From NCBI GenBank assembly GCA_964016885.1, contig OZ024764.1:12276001-12340000 (forward strand): 64,000 nucleotides of DNA. The letters are read 5' to 3'. Every line of letters begins with the position of its first letter. Within the stretch, counting starts at the first letter, position 1. This document shows positions 13,730 to 27,899 of the stretch, one piece after another. Below the pieces are notes generated by a model. The model saw only the letters and a program-made list of their open reading frames with translations. It did not search any database and had not been told where the DNA came from. The position numbers and the translations under genes were made by a program. Source of the DNA: Eledone cirrhosa (taxonomy: Eukaryota).

Positions 13730-13776
13730 CACTTACAATTGTTTCATCCAAACCTAGGATTGGAGTCTTCGGAGCA
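13730..13776 (-). ncRNA. Hammerhead motif with U4C core, family F
   Basis: Minus strand tgct-CCGAAGA-ctccaatcctaggtttggat-GAAA-caattg-TA-agtg. Confidence 0.65.
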
Positions 13777-14403
13777 TTTTTCAATACTTGTACATATAAT
13801 TGACCTCCTATCCAACGCAAGAGACATACAGATACATATATATATATTGATGTACAGTGGAGTGACATATTATACTATACTATATTTGTACACCAAATCA
13901 AATTTAAAATCAAAATTAAAACTAAAATACATGCGGCAGAAAACACAGATAATGCAAGAGGATAGTTCGATAATCAGATCTAGTAGATAGTGTATGCGTT
14001 TGTCATATATAGAGCATGCAAGTGTGTCTCATTTATATACGAGTATTGTGTGGCAAGTTATTACATGTAATACAAGTACTTTAAGCGGGTAAGCAAGAGT
14101 ATTATGGTGGTTGTAGTGGGAGGGTATTTTTTGTATAGATCAAATAAGTATGTGTGCAGAAAAAGAAAAAAAAAAGAAAAAGAAAAAGAAAAAGAAAGTT
14201 ATAGTTTTCGCATCCACCACCATTTTCACATTCAGAAAAGGAAGTTATAGTTTTCACATCCATCATATATGTTACGATGAATTCTTATTGAATGTTTGAT
14301 GTAGTAAATGATTGTAACGTATTGAGGCTCAGTGTTATTTAATCCATATTTATAGAATAGGTTCTTTCTGCTGCGAGAATTTACAGTGGTTTACTATCCG
14401 GAA

Positions 14404-14454
<51 letters not shown>

Positions 14455-14457
<3 letters not shown>

Positions 14458-14762
14458 ATAATAATAAATGTGAAGACTAAAATCCAAAGAGGGCTCGATA
14501 AGGATAAATATATATCAAATATATAAGAACCCTAGAGCAAATATTTATTAAAATAACAGATTAAAGTTTAAGCAAAGAATCGCTGCTTTCACCCCTAACG
14601 GGATCTTCTGAAACTACCTGCTTGCAAGTTTCAGAAGATCCCGTTATGGGTGAAAGCAGCGATTCTTTGCTTAAACTTTAATCTGTTATTTTAATAAATA
14701 TTTGCTCTAGGGTTCTTATATATTTGATATATATTTATCCTTAATCTGTTATTTTAATAAAA
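14455..14762. mobile_element. Family G element with inverted arms, each carrying an HHR-like motif (14565-14615 -, 14627-14677 +)
   Basis: agttt-CAGAAGA-tccc-gttat-gggt-GAAA-gca-gcgattctt-tgcT-T-aaact. Other copies at 36495-36902, 49578-49935 and 63770-63835. Confidence 0.75.
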
Positions 14763-14793
14763 AAGTGAGAGATATGCTCCGAAATCATTAGAC

Positions 14794-14881
14794 GTGTCCG
14801 TCGAACCTGCGGGTCCAGAATCAGACAGGCCCACACGATGATCGTGTCTCGAGCTGTCCGCCTGCGAAACAATTGTAACAC
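14794..14881 (+). ncRNA. Hammerhead-like motif, family I (degenerate core)
   Basis: gtgt-CCGTCGA-[61 nt]-GAAA-caattg-TA-acac. Helix I covaries with the 4073 copy. Confidence 0.5.
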
Positions 14882-15175
14882 ACAATAGATTGAGTTCAGA
14901 TGCATCACTGATTTTTCGTTTTCTATTATATCATACTCTGCTCTGTAAGAGCATAGAGTGCTCAACCGGCATACCGCCTATGGAAGCATCTTAGCTACCA
15001 TCAGACACATATATATATAAATATATATATGTAGACGTTATATTTAATTTGTTGGCATTCCGACAAACATAAATGTTTATAACTGTTATGGAGCACTCAA
15101 CAGCATACTGGAGTAGATGTTCCAAGAGCGAATTTCTGACCGTTAAGGTTGATTTCCATGGGTATGTCGTTATTT

Positions 15176-15282
15176 TACAATCTGAGTTCAAATCCCGCCG
15201 AGGTTGACTTTGCCTTTCATCCTTACGGGGTCGATAAAATAAAGTACCAGTAATTGCTGGCCTTGTGCCTAAAGTAGAGACA
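15176..15282 (+). mobile_element. 5'-truncated tRNA/Nin-domain SINE inserted in a family B element
   Basis: B box gagttcaaatccc, core gcctttcatccttacggggtcgataaaataaagtaccag, flanking duplication gttatttta. Confidence 0.8.
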
Positions 15283-15304
15283 GTTATTTATAAAACAAAT
15301 TTTG

Positions 15305-15368
15305 TATTTTATCTGATGAAAGCGTACCAAGATTGCTTGGTCGCCCTTGAAATATATATAATAAAATA
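15305..15368 (+). ncRNA. Hammerhead ribozyme, family B
   Basis: Perfect 8-bp helix I tattttat/ataaaata around CTGATGA...GAAA-tatata-TA. Confidence 0.8.
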
Positions 15369-15423
15369 AATATGGTTTTATAAATATAGTTTCGATTTAT
15401 GAATATCTTGGTATATATATATA

Positions 15424-15754
15424 TGATGGTATCCAATGATGTTGACTTGTTCTTCTTTTTGGTAAATATCATCTTGGTTAAGAGAGTGGGACTGGCTTTG
15501 TGCAGTGCCTTTGCTCACTATAAAAGCTTCACGGCACAGGCATTGCTTTATATCTGGAGATCTCTCTGCATTTGTCGTCACATGGTACCATGGGCCCAGC
15601 ACTATGTGTCAATAATTGTCACAAGTGTAGTGTTTGTACCAGAGCTTTCAAGTCGCTGGCTGGACTAAAAAGTCACACTCGTTCAGCGCATCAGTAGGGG
15701 TTCTCCTACATGGATATAAAGTAGTGGCCGTACTCGAAAACGAGTTGGCAGCCA

Positions 15755-15758
<4 letters not shown>
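15424..15758 (+). mobile_element. Non-autonomous RTE-derived element (longer copy 38014-38416)
   Basis: Near-identical copies. The 3' part encodes CSVCTRAFKSLAGLKSHTRSAH* and ends tcgaaaacgagttggcagccacc. Confidence 0.7.
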
Positions 15759-15830
<72 letters not shown>

Positions 15831-16069
15831 TTGTCATTTATTTTTTATCATTTATTTTGTTTCACCTGTTTAGCTTGATTTGGTTTTTGGCTTGGGTGGT
15901 TAATGGCTTCTTGACCACCTTTTCAGTTCTGTATGGCTTCTTAACACATTGTTTAGCTCTGGTTTTTAACTATTGAGCACTTTGCCAGTATCATTTCTGA
16001 TTTTTGCGTTTCGCTTCGCTTTTTCCTGCCCGCCGAAAATGGGATTCTCGCTGAATCTTTATTTATATA

Positions 16070-16162
<93 letters not shown>

Positions 16163-16177
16163 GTATATATATATATA

Positions 16178-16590
16178 TACGATATATTAACAAATGGAAA
16201 CTATATTTATAAAACCATATTTATTTCATTATACATATTTCAAGGACACCAAGTTAAATTATGGTGTGCTTTCATCAGATAAAATATAATAGTATAAATA
16301 AAGGTATAAATAACCCCACTATCGGGAGCTTCCAACAGAAATGGTCGCATTCTTTAAGGGTATGTCAATATTTATTTGTAAAACTGCTCTATATTATATT
16401 TTATCTGATGAAAGCACACCATAATTTAACTTGGTGTCCTTGAAATATGTATAATGAAATAAATATGGTTTTATAAATATAGTTTCCATTTGTTAATATA
16501 TCGTATTTTTACTCCAATAATTTGTTGAGTGCTTTATATCAGTTATAAAAATATTTGCTTGTTGTATCCCAACAATTTAAATAGAACTTC

Positions 16591-16592
<2 letters not shown>
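16178..16592. mobile_element. Family B element with inverted arm; HHRs at 16222-16286 (-) and 16397-16461 (+)
   Basis: ~115-bp arms that are exact reverse complements, including private variants. Confidence 0.85.
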
Positions 16593-16638
<46 letters not shown>

Positions 16639-16900
16639 TGATGAATTTTTTAATATAAGGAACTCGTTCTTTGTTTTTATTTCATTGTTTTTATTAATTT
16701 ATATATATATATATATATATGTAAATATATATATAAATATACACACACACAGTCTTCTTATCATACACACAAACATATAAACATATATATATATATATAC
16801 ATTGTATATATATATATGTTTATGTGTATATATATGTATATATATATGTATATGTGTGTGTGTGTGTGTTTTTTTGTATGTATATATATGTTTTTATGTG

Positions 16901-16931
<31 letters not shown>

Positions 16932-16941
16932 GTAAGTATGT

Positions 16942-17001
<60 letters not shown>

Positions 17002-17103
17002 TCCCAAAAATGATATATCCACAACGTAGCTATACCAGTTAGAGATAACAGCTAAAGCTCCTTCAAACCACATATTTTTAATATGAGCTCTAGAAGGCAT
17101 ATA

Positions 17104-18540
17104 CCACCACTACCCTACCACGACCACCACCATCATCGCCACCATCCTCACCACCACCAATACCACTACCATCACCAGCACCACCATCACCACCACCACC
17201 ACCACCAATACCACTACCATCACCACCAAGAACACCACCACCACCACCACCACTACCACCAATACCACCACCACTACCATCACCACCACCACCACTACCA
17301 TCACCACCACCACCACCACCACCACCATCACCCCCACCATCACCACCAATACCACTACCATCACCACCACCACCACTACCATCACCACCAATACCACTAC
17401 CATCACCACCACCACCACCACCACCACCATCACCGCCACCAATACCACCACCACCACCACCACCACCACCACCACCACCATCCACCACCACCACCACCAC
17501 CACCACCACTACCACCAATACCACCACCACTACAACCACCACCACCACAACCACCACCATCACCACCACCACCATCACCACCACTACCACCACCACCACC
17601 ACTATCACCACTACCACCACCACCACCACCACCACCACCACCACCACTACCACCACCACCACCACCACCAACCACCACCACTACCACCACCACCACCACC
17701 ACCACCACCACCACCACCACCACTACCACCACCACCACCACCACCACCACCACCACCACCATCACCAATACCACCACCACCACTACCACCACCACCACCA
17801 CCACCACCACCACCACCACCAACCACTACCACCACCACCACCATCACCACCACCACCACCACCACCACCACCACCACCACCACCACCACCGCAACCACAC
17901 CAACACTACACCCTTAACGATCACGTCTCCCACTTGACTTCTAGAGAATTCTGAAGTCATGTTTGACAGAAGGGAATATCACGTACAGAAGGACAATAGT
18001 GGCGGTGGTGGTGGTGGTGTGTAGGTGGTGGTGGTGGTGGTGTGTAGGTGGTGGTGGTGGTGGTGGTGTGTAGGTGGTGGTGGTGGTGGTGTGGTGGTGG
18101 TGGTGGTGGTGGTGGTGATGGTGGTGGTATTGGTGATGGTGGTGGTGGTGGTGGTGGTATTGGTGATGGTGGTGGTGGTGGTGGTATTGTAGTGGTGGTG
18201 GTGTGGAGGTGGTGGTGGTGTAGTGGTGGTGGTGGTGGTGTGTAGGTGGTGGTGGTGGTGGTGGTGTGTAGGTGGTGGTGGTGGTGTGGTGGTGGTGGTG
18301 GTGGTGGTGTGGTGGTGGTGGTATTGGTGATGGTGGTGGTGGTGGTGGTATTGTAGTGGTGGTGGTGTGGAGGTGGTGGTGGTGTAGTGGTGGTGGTGGT
18401 GGTATTGTAGTGGTGGTGGTGTGGAGGTGGTGGTGGTGTGGAGGTGGTGGTGGTGGTGGTGGTGTGGAGGTGGTGGTGGTGGTGGTGGTGGTGGTGGTGG
18501 TGGTATTGTAGTGGTGGTGGTGGTGGTGGTGGTGGTAGTA
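17104..18540. repeat. (CCA)n tract, ~100-bp unique island, (TGG)n tract
   Basis: Direct reading. Confidence 0.95.
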
Positions 18541-18548
18541 GTATTAGT

Positions 18549-19290
18549 GTATCTAGGACTACATTATCTAATGTACAGTAGTTAGTATTAGTGGCTATAG
18601 TTGTTGTTTAGCCCTAGGTCAGTCCTGATCCAGTAGACCTATGATCAAAGATATTCCAACTGTGACCATCCCAGCTTATATTAAGACTAGGACTACATTA
18701 TCTAATGTACAGTATAGTAGTTAGTGTTGGTGGCTATAGTTGGTGTTTAGCCCTAGGTCAGTCCTGATCCAGTAGACCTATGATCAAAGATGTTCCAACT
18801 GTGACCACAGTATATCTAGGACTACATTATCTAATGTACAGTATAGTAGTTAGTATTAGTGGCTATAGTTGTTGTTTAGCCCTAGGTCAGTCCTGATCCA
18901 GTAGACTATGATCAAAGATATTCCAACTATGACCATAGTATATCTAGGACTACATTATCTAATGTACAGTATAGTAGTTAGTATTAGTGGCTATAGTTGT
19001 TGTTTAGCCCTAGGTCAGTCCTGATCCAGTAGACTATGATCAAAGATATTCCAACTATGACCATAGTATATCTAGGACTACATTATCTAATGTACAGTAT
19101 AGTAGTTAGTATTAGTGGCTATAGTTGTTGTTTAGCCCTAGGTCAGTCCTGATCCAGTAGACCTATGATCAAAGATATTCCAACTGTGACCATCCCAGCT
19201 TATATTCAGACATAATGTATCTAGGACTACATTATCTAATGTACACTATAGTTGTTGTTTAGCCCTAGGTCAATACCGATCCAGTAGACC
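18549..19290 (+). repeat. ~122-bp tandem repeat (~6 units) of a dispersed repeat; inverted monomer at ~20915-21075
   Basis: Unit ctaggactacattatctaatgtacag...tttagccctaggtcagtcctgatccagtagacctatgatcaaagatattccaact. Confidence 0.9.
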
Positions 19291-19588
19291 GACTGACCTT
19301 GGATTAAACGACAACAACAACAGCAACAACAACAACAGCAACAAGAACAGCAACAACAACAGCAGCAACAACAACAACAGCAACAACAACAACAGCAACA
19401 ACAACAACAGCAACAACAACAACAGTAACAACAGCAACAACAACAACAGCAACAACAACAACAGTAACAACAGCAACAACAACAACAGCAACAACAACAG
19501 CAGCAACAACAACAACAACAACAACAACAACGACGACGGCATCCTGTCCCATTCCTCAACAGCTGAATGTATCATATGAAAATATTAC

Positions 19589-19654
19589 CAGTGCCGGATT
19601 AAAAAGCAGCTGAAACGGATTATCCGCTCTACTCTGTGGTGTACGATTACCATT
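19589..19654 (-). CDS. Candidate internal micro-exon (NGNRTPQSRADNPFQLLFNPAL), unknown gene
   Basis: tttacag acceptor, gtaata donor, 66 nt open in phase 0, compatible with 24553-24597. Confidence 0.28.
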
Positions 19655-19751
19655 CTGTAAATCTTTATTATGTTGTTGTTGATGTTGATGTTGTTGTTGT
19701 TGTCCTGGAACATTTTTTTTTTCTGTAATTTTACAAAGTCATGGTAGTACT

Positions 19752-19766
19752 TTAGTAGTAGTACTA

Positions 19767-19817
<51 letters not shown>

Positions 19818-19840
19818 CACTAGTAGTAGTAGTAGTACTA

Positions 19841-19885
<45 letters not shown>

Positions 19886-19917
19886 CACTAGTAGTAGTAG
19901 TAGTAGTAGTAGTACTA

Positions 19918-19956
<39 letters not shown>

Positions 19957-19959
19957 CTA

Positions 19960-20007
<48 letters not shown>

Positions 20008-20030
20008 CACTAGTAGTAGTAGTAGTACTA

Positions 20031-20063
<33 letters not shown>

Positions 20064-20095
20064 GTACACTAGTAGTAGTAGTAGTAGTAGTACTA

Positions 20096-20143
<48 letters not shown>

Positions 20144-20146
20144 CTA

Positions 20147-20200
<54 letters not shown>

Positions 20201-20203
20201 CTA

Positions 20204-20263
<60 letters not shown>

Positions 20264-20266
20264 CTA

Positions 20267-20326
<60 letters not shown>

Positions 20327-20400
20327 TTACACTAGTAGTAGCAGTAGTAGTAGTAGTAGTACACTAGCAGTAGTAGTAGTAGTATTACACTAGTAGTAGC

Positions 20401-20443
<43 letters not shown>

Positions 20444-20465
20444 TTACACTAGTAGTAGCAGTAGC

Positions 20466-20508
<43 letters not shown>

Positions 20509-20525
20509 CACTAGTAGTAGTAGTT
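19752..20525. repeat. (TAG)n microsatellite
   Basis: Direct reading. Confidence 0.97.
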
Positions 20526-20659
20526 TGCAGTGTTGCGTATGATTTAAAATACTTTTTCTTTGCGGTTAACATATGTGTGTATATATATGTGTGTGTGTAT
20601 ATATATGTGTGTATATATATGTGTGTATGTGTGTGTGTATATATATATATGTGTGTGTG

Positions 20660-20779
<120 letters not shown>

Positions 20780-20796
20780 CATAGATATATATATAT

Positions 20797-20849
<53 letters not shown>

Positions 20850-21372
20850 TATATATATATATATAATAAGGAGTTGACGGACCCACCATATTTATCAATG
20901 CCAGGACCGGTTGTATCACAGCTGGAATATATTTGATCATAGGTCTACTGGATCAGGACTGACCTAGGGTTAAACAATAACTATAGCCACTAATACCAAC
21001 TACTATACTGGACATTAGATAACATAGTCCTAGGCTCTATATCTGATTAAAAGACATAGTGTTGCTTGGACTACATTATTCCGCTGATTTCGCTATAATA
21101 AAGGGCCGTAACTCCATGCCACGAAGCATAGTGGTCTTGGACGCTCTACCGATTACTGCCAAACATTTAGCTATGATGACTTCATTGTTATCGCAGGAAT
21201 ACTGAAAATATATGCGGAGATATCATAAATTAAAATGGCGACCATACAGAATGTTTGTATTTTTAAGGCACACAACTTAGACAATGGAAGGTTGTATGAA
21301 TGTGTCAACGTAAATTAGAGTTAAGTGATCGTTAATCTATTGATATTTCTGTTAGAATTTATAAACGTTATT

Positions 21373-21947
21373 TGTGTGTGTGGTAAGGGGCATATGTGTG
21401 TGTGTATGGTAAGGGGCATATGTGTGTGTGTGTGTGTGTGTGTGTAGTAAGGAGCATATGTGTGTGCGTGTATGTGGTAAGGGACGTGTGTGTGTCTGTG
21501 TGGTAAGGGGCATATGTGTGTGTCTGTGTGTGTGTGGTAAGGGACATATCTATGTGTGTGTGTCTGTGTGTGGTAAGGGACGTGTGTGTGTGTGTGTTTG
21601 AGGTAACGGACATATCTGTGTGTGTGTGTGAGGGACATATGTGTGTGTGTGTGAGGGACATATGCCTGTGTGTCTGTGTATGTAAGGAAATGTCTGTGGT
21701 TCTGTGTGTGTGTGATGAACATGTCTGTGTGTATGTGTGACACGTCTCTGTGTGTGTGTGTGTGTGAGGGACGTATCTGTGTGTGTGTGTGAGGGACGTA
21801 TCTGTGTGTGTGTGTGTGAGAGACATATCTGTGTGTGTGTGTGTGTGTGTGTGTGAGGGACATATATGTGTGTGTGTTTGTGAGGGACATATCTGTGTGT
21901 GTGTGTGTATGAGGGACATATCTGTGTGTGTGTGTGTGAGGGACGTA

Positions 21948-21980
<33 letters not shown>

Positions 21981-22210
21981 GGAACATGCCTGTGTATCTG
22001 TGTGTGTAAGGAACATGCCTGTGTGTCTGTGTGTGTGAGGGACGTATCTGTGTGTGTGTGAGGGACGTATCTGTGTGTGTGTGTGTGAGGGACATATCTG
22101 TGTGTGTGTGTGAGGGACGTATCTGTGTGTGTGTGTAAGGAAATGTCTGTGTGTCTGTGTGTGTGTGATGGACATGTCTGTGTGTATGTGTGGCACGTCT
22201 CTGTGTGTGT
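21373..22210. repeat. (TG)n-based minisatellite with gagggacatatct/aagggacgt spacers
   Basis: Recurrent ~25-30-bp units. Confidence 0.9.
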
Positions 22211-22390
22211 GGAGACGATGTGTGTGATGTGTGAGTATTGGGTTGAGATGGGACTTGTCGTTTAATAAATTGAAAAATGATTGTGTATATATATTGTTTA
22301 TACATACATTTTTGTATATATATATGTGTGTGTGTGTAATATATATTTATGAATGTATGCGGTGACTGTAGTTACCTAAATAATACACAC

Positions 22391-22517
<127 letters not shown>

Positions 22518-22594
22518 ATTATTTATGTATATGTGTGTATATAATTAAATAAATAAACTGTAGTGGAGTTGAATTATAAATTATCTTCTATCTG

Positions 22595-22682
<88 letters not shown>

Positions 22683-22699
22683 ATGTATGTATATATATA

Positions 22700-22793
22700 T
22701 GTATATATATGTTTATATGAGTAACAATACATACCTATATACCTACTTACGTGTATACAAATAATTACGTCAGTACGTAAACACACAACTGTG

Positions 22794-22886
<93 letters not shown>

Positions 22887-22975
22887 TTGTGTTTACATAC
22901 TGACGTGATTATTTGTATACACGTAAGTAGGTATATAGGTATGTATTGCTACTCATATAAACACACATACATACA
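22700..22975. repeat. Inverted duplication (~85-bp arms) centred on a (TA)n tract
   Basis: tttatatgagtaacaatacatacc...cacaactg / cagttgtg...ggtatgtattgctactcatataaa. Confidence 0.85.
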
Positions 22976-23545
22976 TACATACATACATACATACATACAT
23001 ACATACATACATACATACATACATACATACATACATACATACATACGGTCAAAAAAATAGACTCGAAATTAAGAGAAAGAGAAAACATACATACACACAC
23101 ATATATACATACATACATACATACATACTACATACAAATATACATACGTACATATATATATATACAGATATACAGATATATATACATACATACACGCATA
23201 TAAAGATATAAACATACATATATACATACATACATATACATACATACATATGTATAAATACAAACATACATATATACAAAAATTAGATACATATATACAC
23301 GCATACATACACACATACCTACATGTATACATACATACACACACGCATATATAAATACAAACATACATATATACAAACATTTACATATATATACACATAT
23401 ATATACACACATCTATACATACATATATACACTCGTAAAACTAATTCTTGGTTGTAATTTATCACTCTCATTGTTGTTAGTTTAAAAATAAATTCACAAT
23501 AAATAGCATTATTACACAAAGCTAATAATTCAATGTATTAATATA

Positions 23546-23632
<87 letters not shown>

Positions 23633-23811
23633 CTGTGTGTGTTGCAAATATACATATATTTATATATGTAATATATATCATAATATATATATAAGATATG
23701 TAAGATATATATATATATACATATATGTATGTATATATATATATATGTGTGATTGTGTGTGTATGCGTGCCTGTGAGTATAATATACAACGATATATACA
23801 TACATATAAAT

Positions 23812-23913
<102 letters not shown>

Positions 23914-23949
23914 ATATATATACATACACAACAATATTTAATATGTAAC

Positions 23950-23984
<35 letters not shown>

Positions 23985-23991
<7 letters not shown>

Positions 23992-24017
23992 ATATTTTAT
24001 ATATAACATAATATATT

Positions 24018-24054
<37 letters not shown>

Positions 24055-24077
24055 TATTTTATATATAACAATATATT

Positions 24078-24112
<35 letters not shown>

Positions 24113-24135
24113 TATTTTATTTATAACAATATATT

Positions 24136-24169
<34 letters not shown>

Positions 24170-24193
24170 ATATTTTATTTATAACAATATATT

Positions 24194-24275
<82 letters not shown>

Positions 24276-24300
24276 TTTATTTATAACAATATATTTCAAT
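23985..24300. repeat. ~55-bp tandem repeat with variable (AT)n (~5 units)
   Basis: catattttatttataacaatatattacaat(at)n. Confidence 0.85.
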
Positions 24301-24552
24301 ATATATATATATTTACACACATATATACATACATATATATAACATTACATATACATATATCTGTATATCTATATCTGTCCGTAAAATTAATTGCCTGTAT
24401 ATATTATTCTATAGACAAAACAACAACATAATTGTATATTTTATTGGTAATATAAAGAGCGATATTAAAAAAACTAAAACATTTTTATGATGAAATTCAA
24501 TACGACTTAACGATATAAGGAGACACCCATTACAAGTGCGGTTTCTACACAC

Positions 24553-24597
24553 CCTTTTTCCTCCATCTTCCACTTCCCCCTGCGACGCTGTCGCCAT
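24553..24597 (-). CDS. Candidate first coding exon (MATASQGEVEDGGKR), unknown gene
   Basis: acaATGG start context, AGG|gtgtgt donor, CpG-rich unique island with upstream promoter-like motifs. Confidence 0.33.
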
Positions 24598-24624
24598 TGT
24601 GATTGCCTTTGTTTTTGGTTGCAC

Positions 24625-24665
24625 CGAACGCGCATGCGTACAACTTAAGACGCCATTTTGAGGGA
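24625..24665 (-). promoter_or_regulatory. Candidate housekeeping-type promoter motifs (YY1-like CAAAATGGCG, NRF1-like GCGCATGCG)
   Basis: Motif matches only. Confidence 0.3.
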
Positions 24666-24907
24666 CGCAACCATGATTGTTCAAATTCCATTGTGGTCGT
24701 TAAAATAAAGTACCGGTCCATTAATGGTCTGTTTGATTTAACAGTCTCATTACAACATTTCTAATGAAAGACTCTTGACTTATGATTTTCAAATGATTTT
24801 TGAAAATAATCAAGAATTTGCAAGGATTTCGGTATATAACTAACTGTCTTTCCTACTTGTTTGGAACATAGCTTAGCATAAATTTATGATGGAAGTGTTT
24901 TAGATAA

Positions 24908-26220
24908 AGCTGGTGCAGTAATGCGCCAGCTTCAGCATTCGGTAATCAGAAGGGAGGTAGGTGTAAAAGCCAAACTCTCTATCTTTAATTTGGTAATTAG
25001 AAGGGAGGTAGGTGTAAAAACCAAACTCTCTATCTTTAATTTAGTAATCAGAAAGGAGGTAGGTGTAAAAGCCAAACTCGCTATCTTCAACTCAGTAATC
25101 AGAAGGGAGGTAGGTGTAAAAGCCAAACTCGCTATCTTCAACTCAGTAATCAGAAGAAGGGAGGTAGGTGTAAAAGCCAAACTTGCTATCTTCAACTCAG
25201 TAATCAGAAGAAGGGAGGTAGGTGTAAAAGACAAACTCCCTATCTTCAGTTCAGTATTCGTGCCAACCATTACCTATGGTCATGAATCTTAGGTAATGAC
25301 CGAAAGGATACGGTCACGAATAAAAGTGGCCGAAATGGGGTTCCTTAGAAGGGTCTTTGGAGTAACGTTACTCGATAGAGTGTGTAGCTCGGAGATCAGT
25401 GAGTCACTCCAGGTAGAGCCACTACTTCTTCAAATTGAGAGATCACAGCTCAGATACTACAGACATGTGGTTAGAATGTCTCAGGAAAGAACCTCTGTAT
25501 TGAGAGACCACAGCTCTGATACTACAGACATGTGGTTAGAATGTCTCAGGAAAGAACCTCTGTATTGAGAGACCACAGCTCTGATACTACAGACATGTGG
25601 TTAGAATGTCCCAGGAAAGAATCTCTGAATTGAGAGATCACAGCTCTGATACTACAGACATGTGGTTAGAATGTCTCAGGAAAGAACCTCTGGATTGAGA
25701 GATCACAGCTCTGATACTACAGACATGTCGTTAGAATGTCCCAGGGAAGAATCTCTGAATTGAGAGATCACAGCTCTGATACTACAGACATGTCGTTAGA
25801 ATGTCCCAGGGAAGAATCTCTGAATTGAGAGATCACAGCTCTGATACTACAGACATGTCGTTAGAATGTCTCAGGAAAGAATCTCTGAATTGAGAGATCA
25901 CAGCTCTGATACTACAGACATGTGTTTAGAATGTCCCAGGAAAGAATCTCTGAATTGAGAGATCACAGCTCTGATACTACAGACATGTGGTTAGAATGTC
26001 TCAGGAAAGACACTTTGGACAGAAGCCCAGGGGTAGACCCACCCCGAGCAAGATGGTTGGATAACATCTATGAGCTTGGATGGTCATGCTTGGGGATCTA
26101 GCTGGATCTATTGGAGACGGTTGCTTCTGGCAGGACTTACCGGAAGGAGGTATTCAGAACACTACGCCCACAACACTTCCAGGAATAAGTGGGCGAAGAA
26201 GAAGAAGTAGTAGTAGTAGT
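24908..26220 (+). mobile_element. RTE-clade (Expander/Rex3-like) LINE 3' fragment with two internal tandem expansions and (GAA/GTA)n tail
   Basis: KAKLSIF..VFVPTITYGHES*VMTERIRSRIKVAEMGFLRRV..VEPLLLQIERSQLR..KPRGRP..RWLDNI. 57-60-bp unit x5 and 62-bp unit x9-10. Confidence 0.9.
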
Positions 26221-27500
26221 AACTTAATAAAAGTTCTTATGAAATTATGATTAACGGTTTTTAGATAAATATAAACGCTTTAACCCTTTCGTTAATATAT
26301 TTTGTTGTTTGGAACATAACTTAATAAAGGTTCTTATATAAAATTATTTCTAATGAAACTTTTCTTTAATTTTCAGAGATTTTTGAAAATATTCAAGAAT
26401 TTGGAAGGATTTAGAAATATCAAGGACTTCTCATCATTGAGCTGTTGCTTGGAACATAACTTAACAAAGGTCCTTGTATAAGGTAAGTGTACACACTTTA
26501 AAACTATTTTGTTGCAGTATTTCTAATAAAAGACACTGCCTCCGTTTTGTTGTTTATTTTTTCAAATCATTTTGAATATTAACAAACATTTGTTGGATTT
26601 ACAAAAATAACTTATTTCTCATTGTTAAGCTGCTGTTTGGAACATAACTTAACAAAGGTTCTTACATAAAATTGTGATGGAAGTTTTTTAGATAAATATA
26701 AACACTTTAACCCTTCCATTACCATATTTCTAGTGAAAGATACTGTTGGTGTTTGGAACATAACTTAACAAAGGTTCTTACATAAAATTATGATGGAAGG
26801 TTTTTAGATAAATATAAACACTTTTATCTTTTCGGTACCATATTTTATTAAGTTATGTTCCAAACACTAAAATATGTTAATGAAAGTTGTAAATTGTTTT
26901 ATATTTATCTAAAAGTCTCCCATCATAATTTTATGCAAAAACCTTTGTTAAGTTATGTTCCAAACACCAAAATTTTAATGAAAGGGTTAAAGTGTTCATA
27001 TTTATCTAAAAACCTTCCATCATAATTTTATGCAAAAACCTTCATTAAGTTATGTTCCAAGCACCAAAATATGTTATGTTAACGAAAGTATTAAAGTGTT
27101 TATATTTATCTAAAAATCTTCCATCATAAATTTATATAAGAACCTTTGTTAAGTTATGTTCCAAACACCAACAGTCTTTCATTAGAAATATGGTAATGAA
27201 AGGCTTAAAGTGTTTATATTTATCTAAACAGCTTCCATCATAATTTTATGCAAAAACCTTCATTAAGTTATGTTCCAAGCACCAAAATATGTTATGTTAA
27301 CGAAAGTATTAAAGTGTTTATATTTATCTAAACAGCTTCCATCATAATGTTATGTAAGAACCTTTGTTAAGTTATGTTCCAAATTTCAACAGTGTCTTTC
27401 ATTAGAAATATGGTAACGAAAGGGTTAAAGTGTTTATATTTATCTAAAAACCTTCCACCATAATTTTATGTTAGAACCTTTGTTAAGTTATGTTCCAACG
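26221..27500. repeat. AT-rich dispersed repeat with ~121-bp subunits, head-to-head inversion at ~26850
   Basis: tgtttggaacataacttaacaaaggttcttacataaaattatgatggaag on + then - strand. 26240-26760 matches 47190-47760. Confidence 0.85.
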
Positions 27501-27899
27501 AAAAAAATTATAAGGGAAGGTTTGATATACTGCGGAATCCCTCTAAACTCGTGATTATTTTCTTAGTTACCTCCACCACTACCTAGACGTTTAGCGACAC
27601 CACCACACATACCACTGATACTATCACCCACCGCCGCCACGTCCTCCCGAACACGACTATCACCAGCAGCGGAAGACGATCACCGGAAGCAGAACAATTT
27701 CAGCACCCGCCACCATTCCTACGACTCGCCGCCGCCTCGTGCGCCCCCATTCCACGATTCTTCTCTCAGTAACACCACCTCCGGCACCACCACCACCACC
27801 ACCACCACCAAAATATTACATCGACACCATCACTACCACCATATTACATCACCATTACTCCTCCTTTCCACCACCACCAATAAAAACGCACTTTCTGAC

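Noticed and set aside
25434-26010. Regular 62-bp repeats (also the 70-, 121- and 122-bp arrays) as a CRISPR array
   Set aside because: No unique spacers and no cas genes. Units are tandem copies of LINE, SINE or dispersed-repeat sequence in a eukaryotic context.
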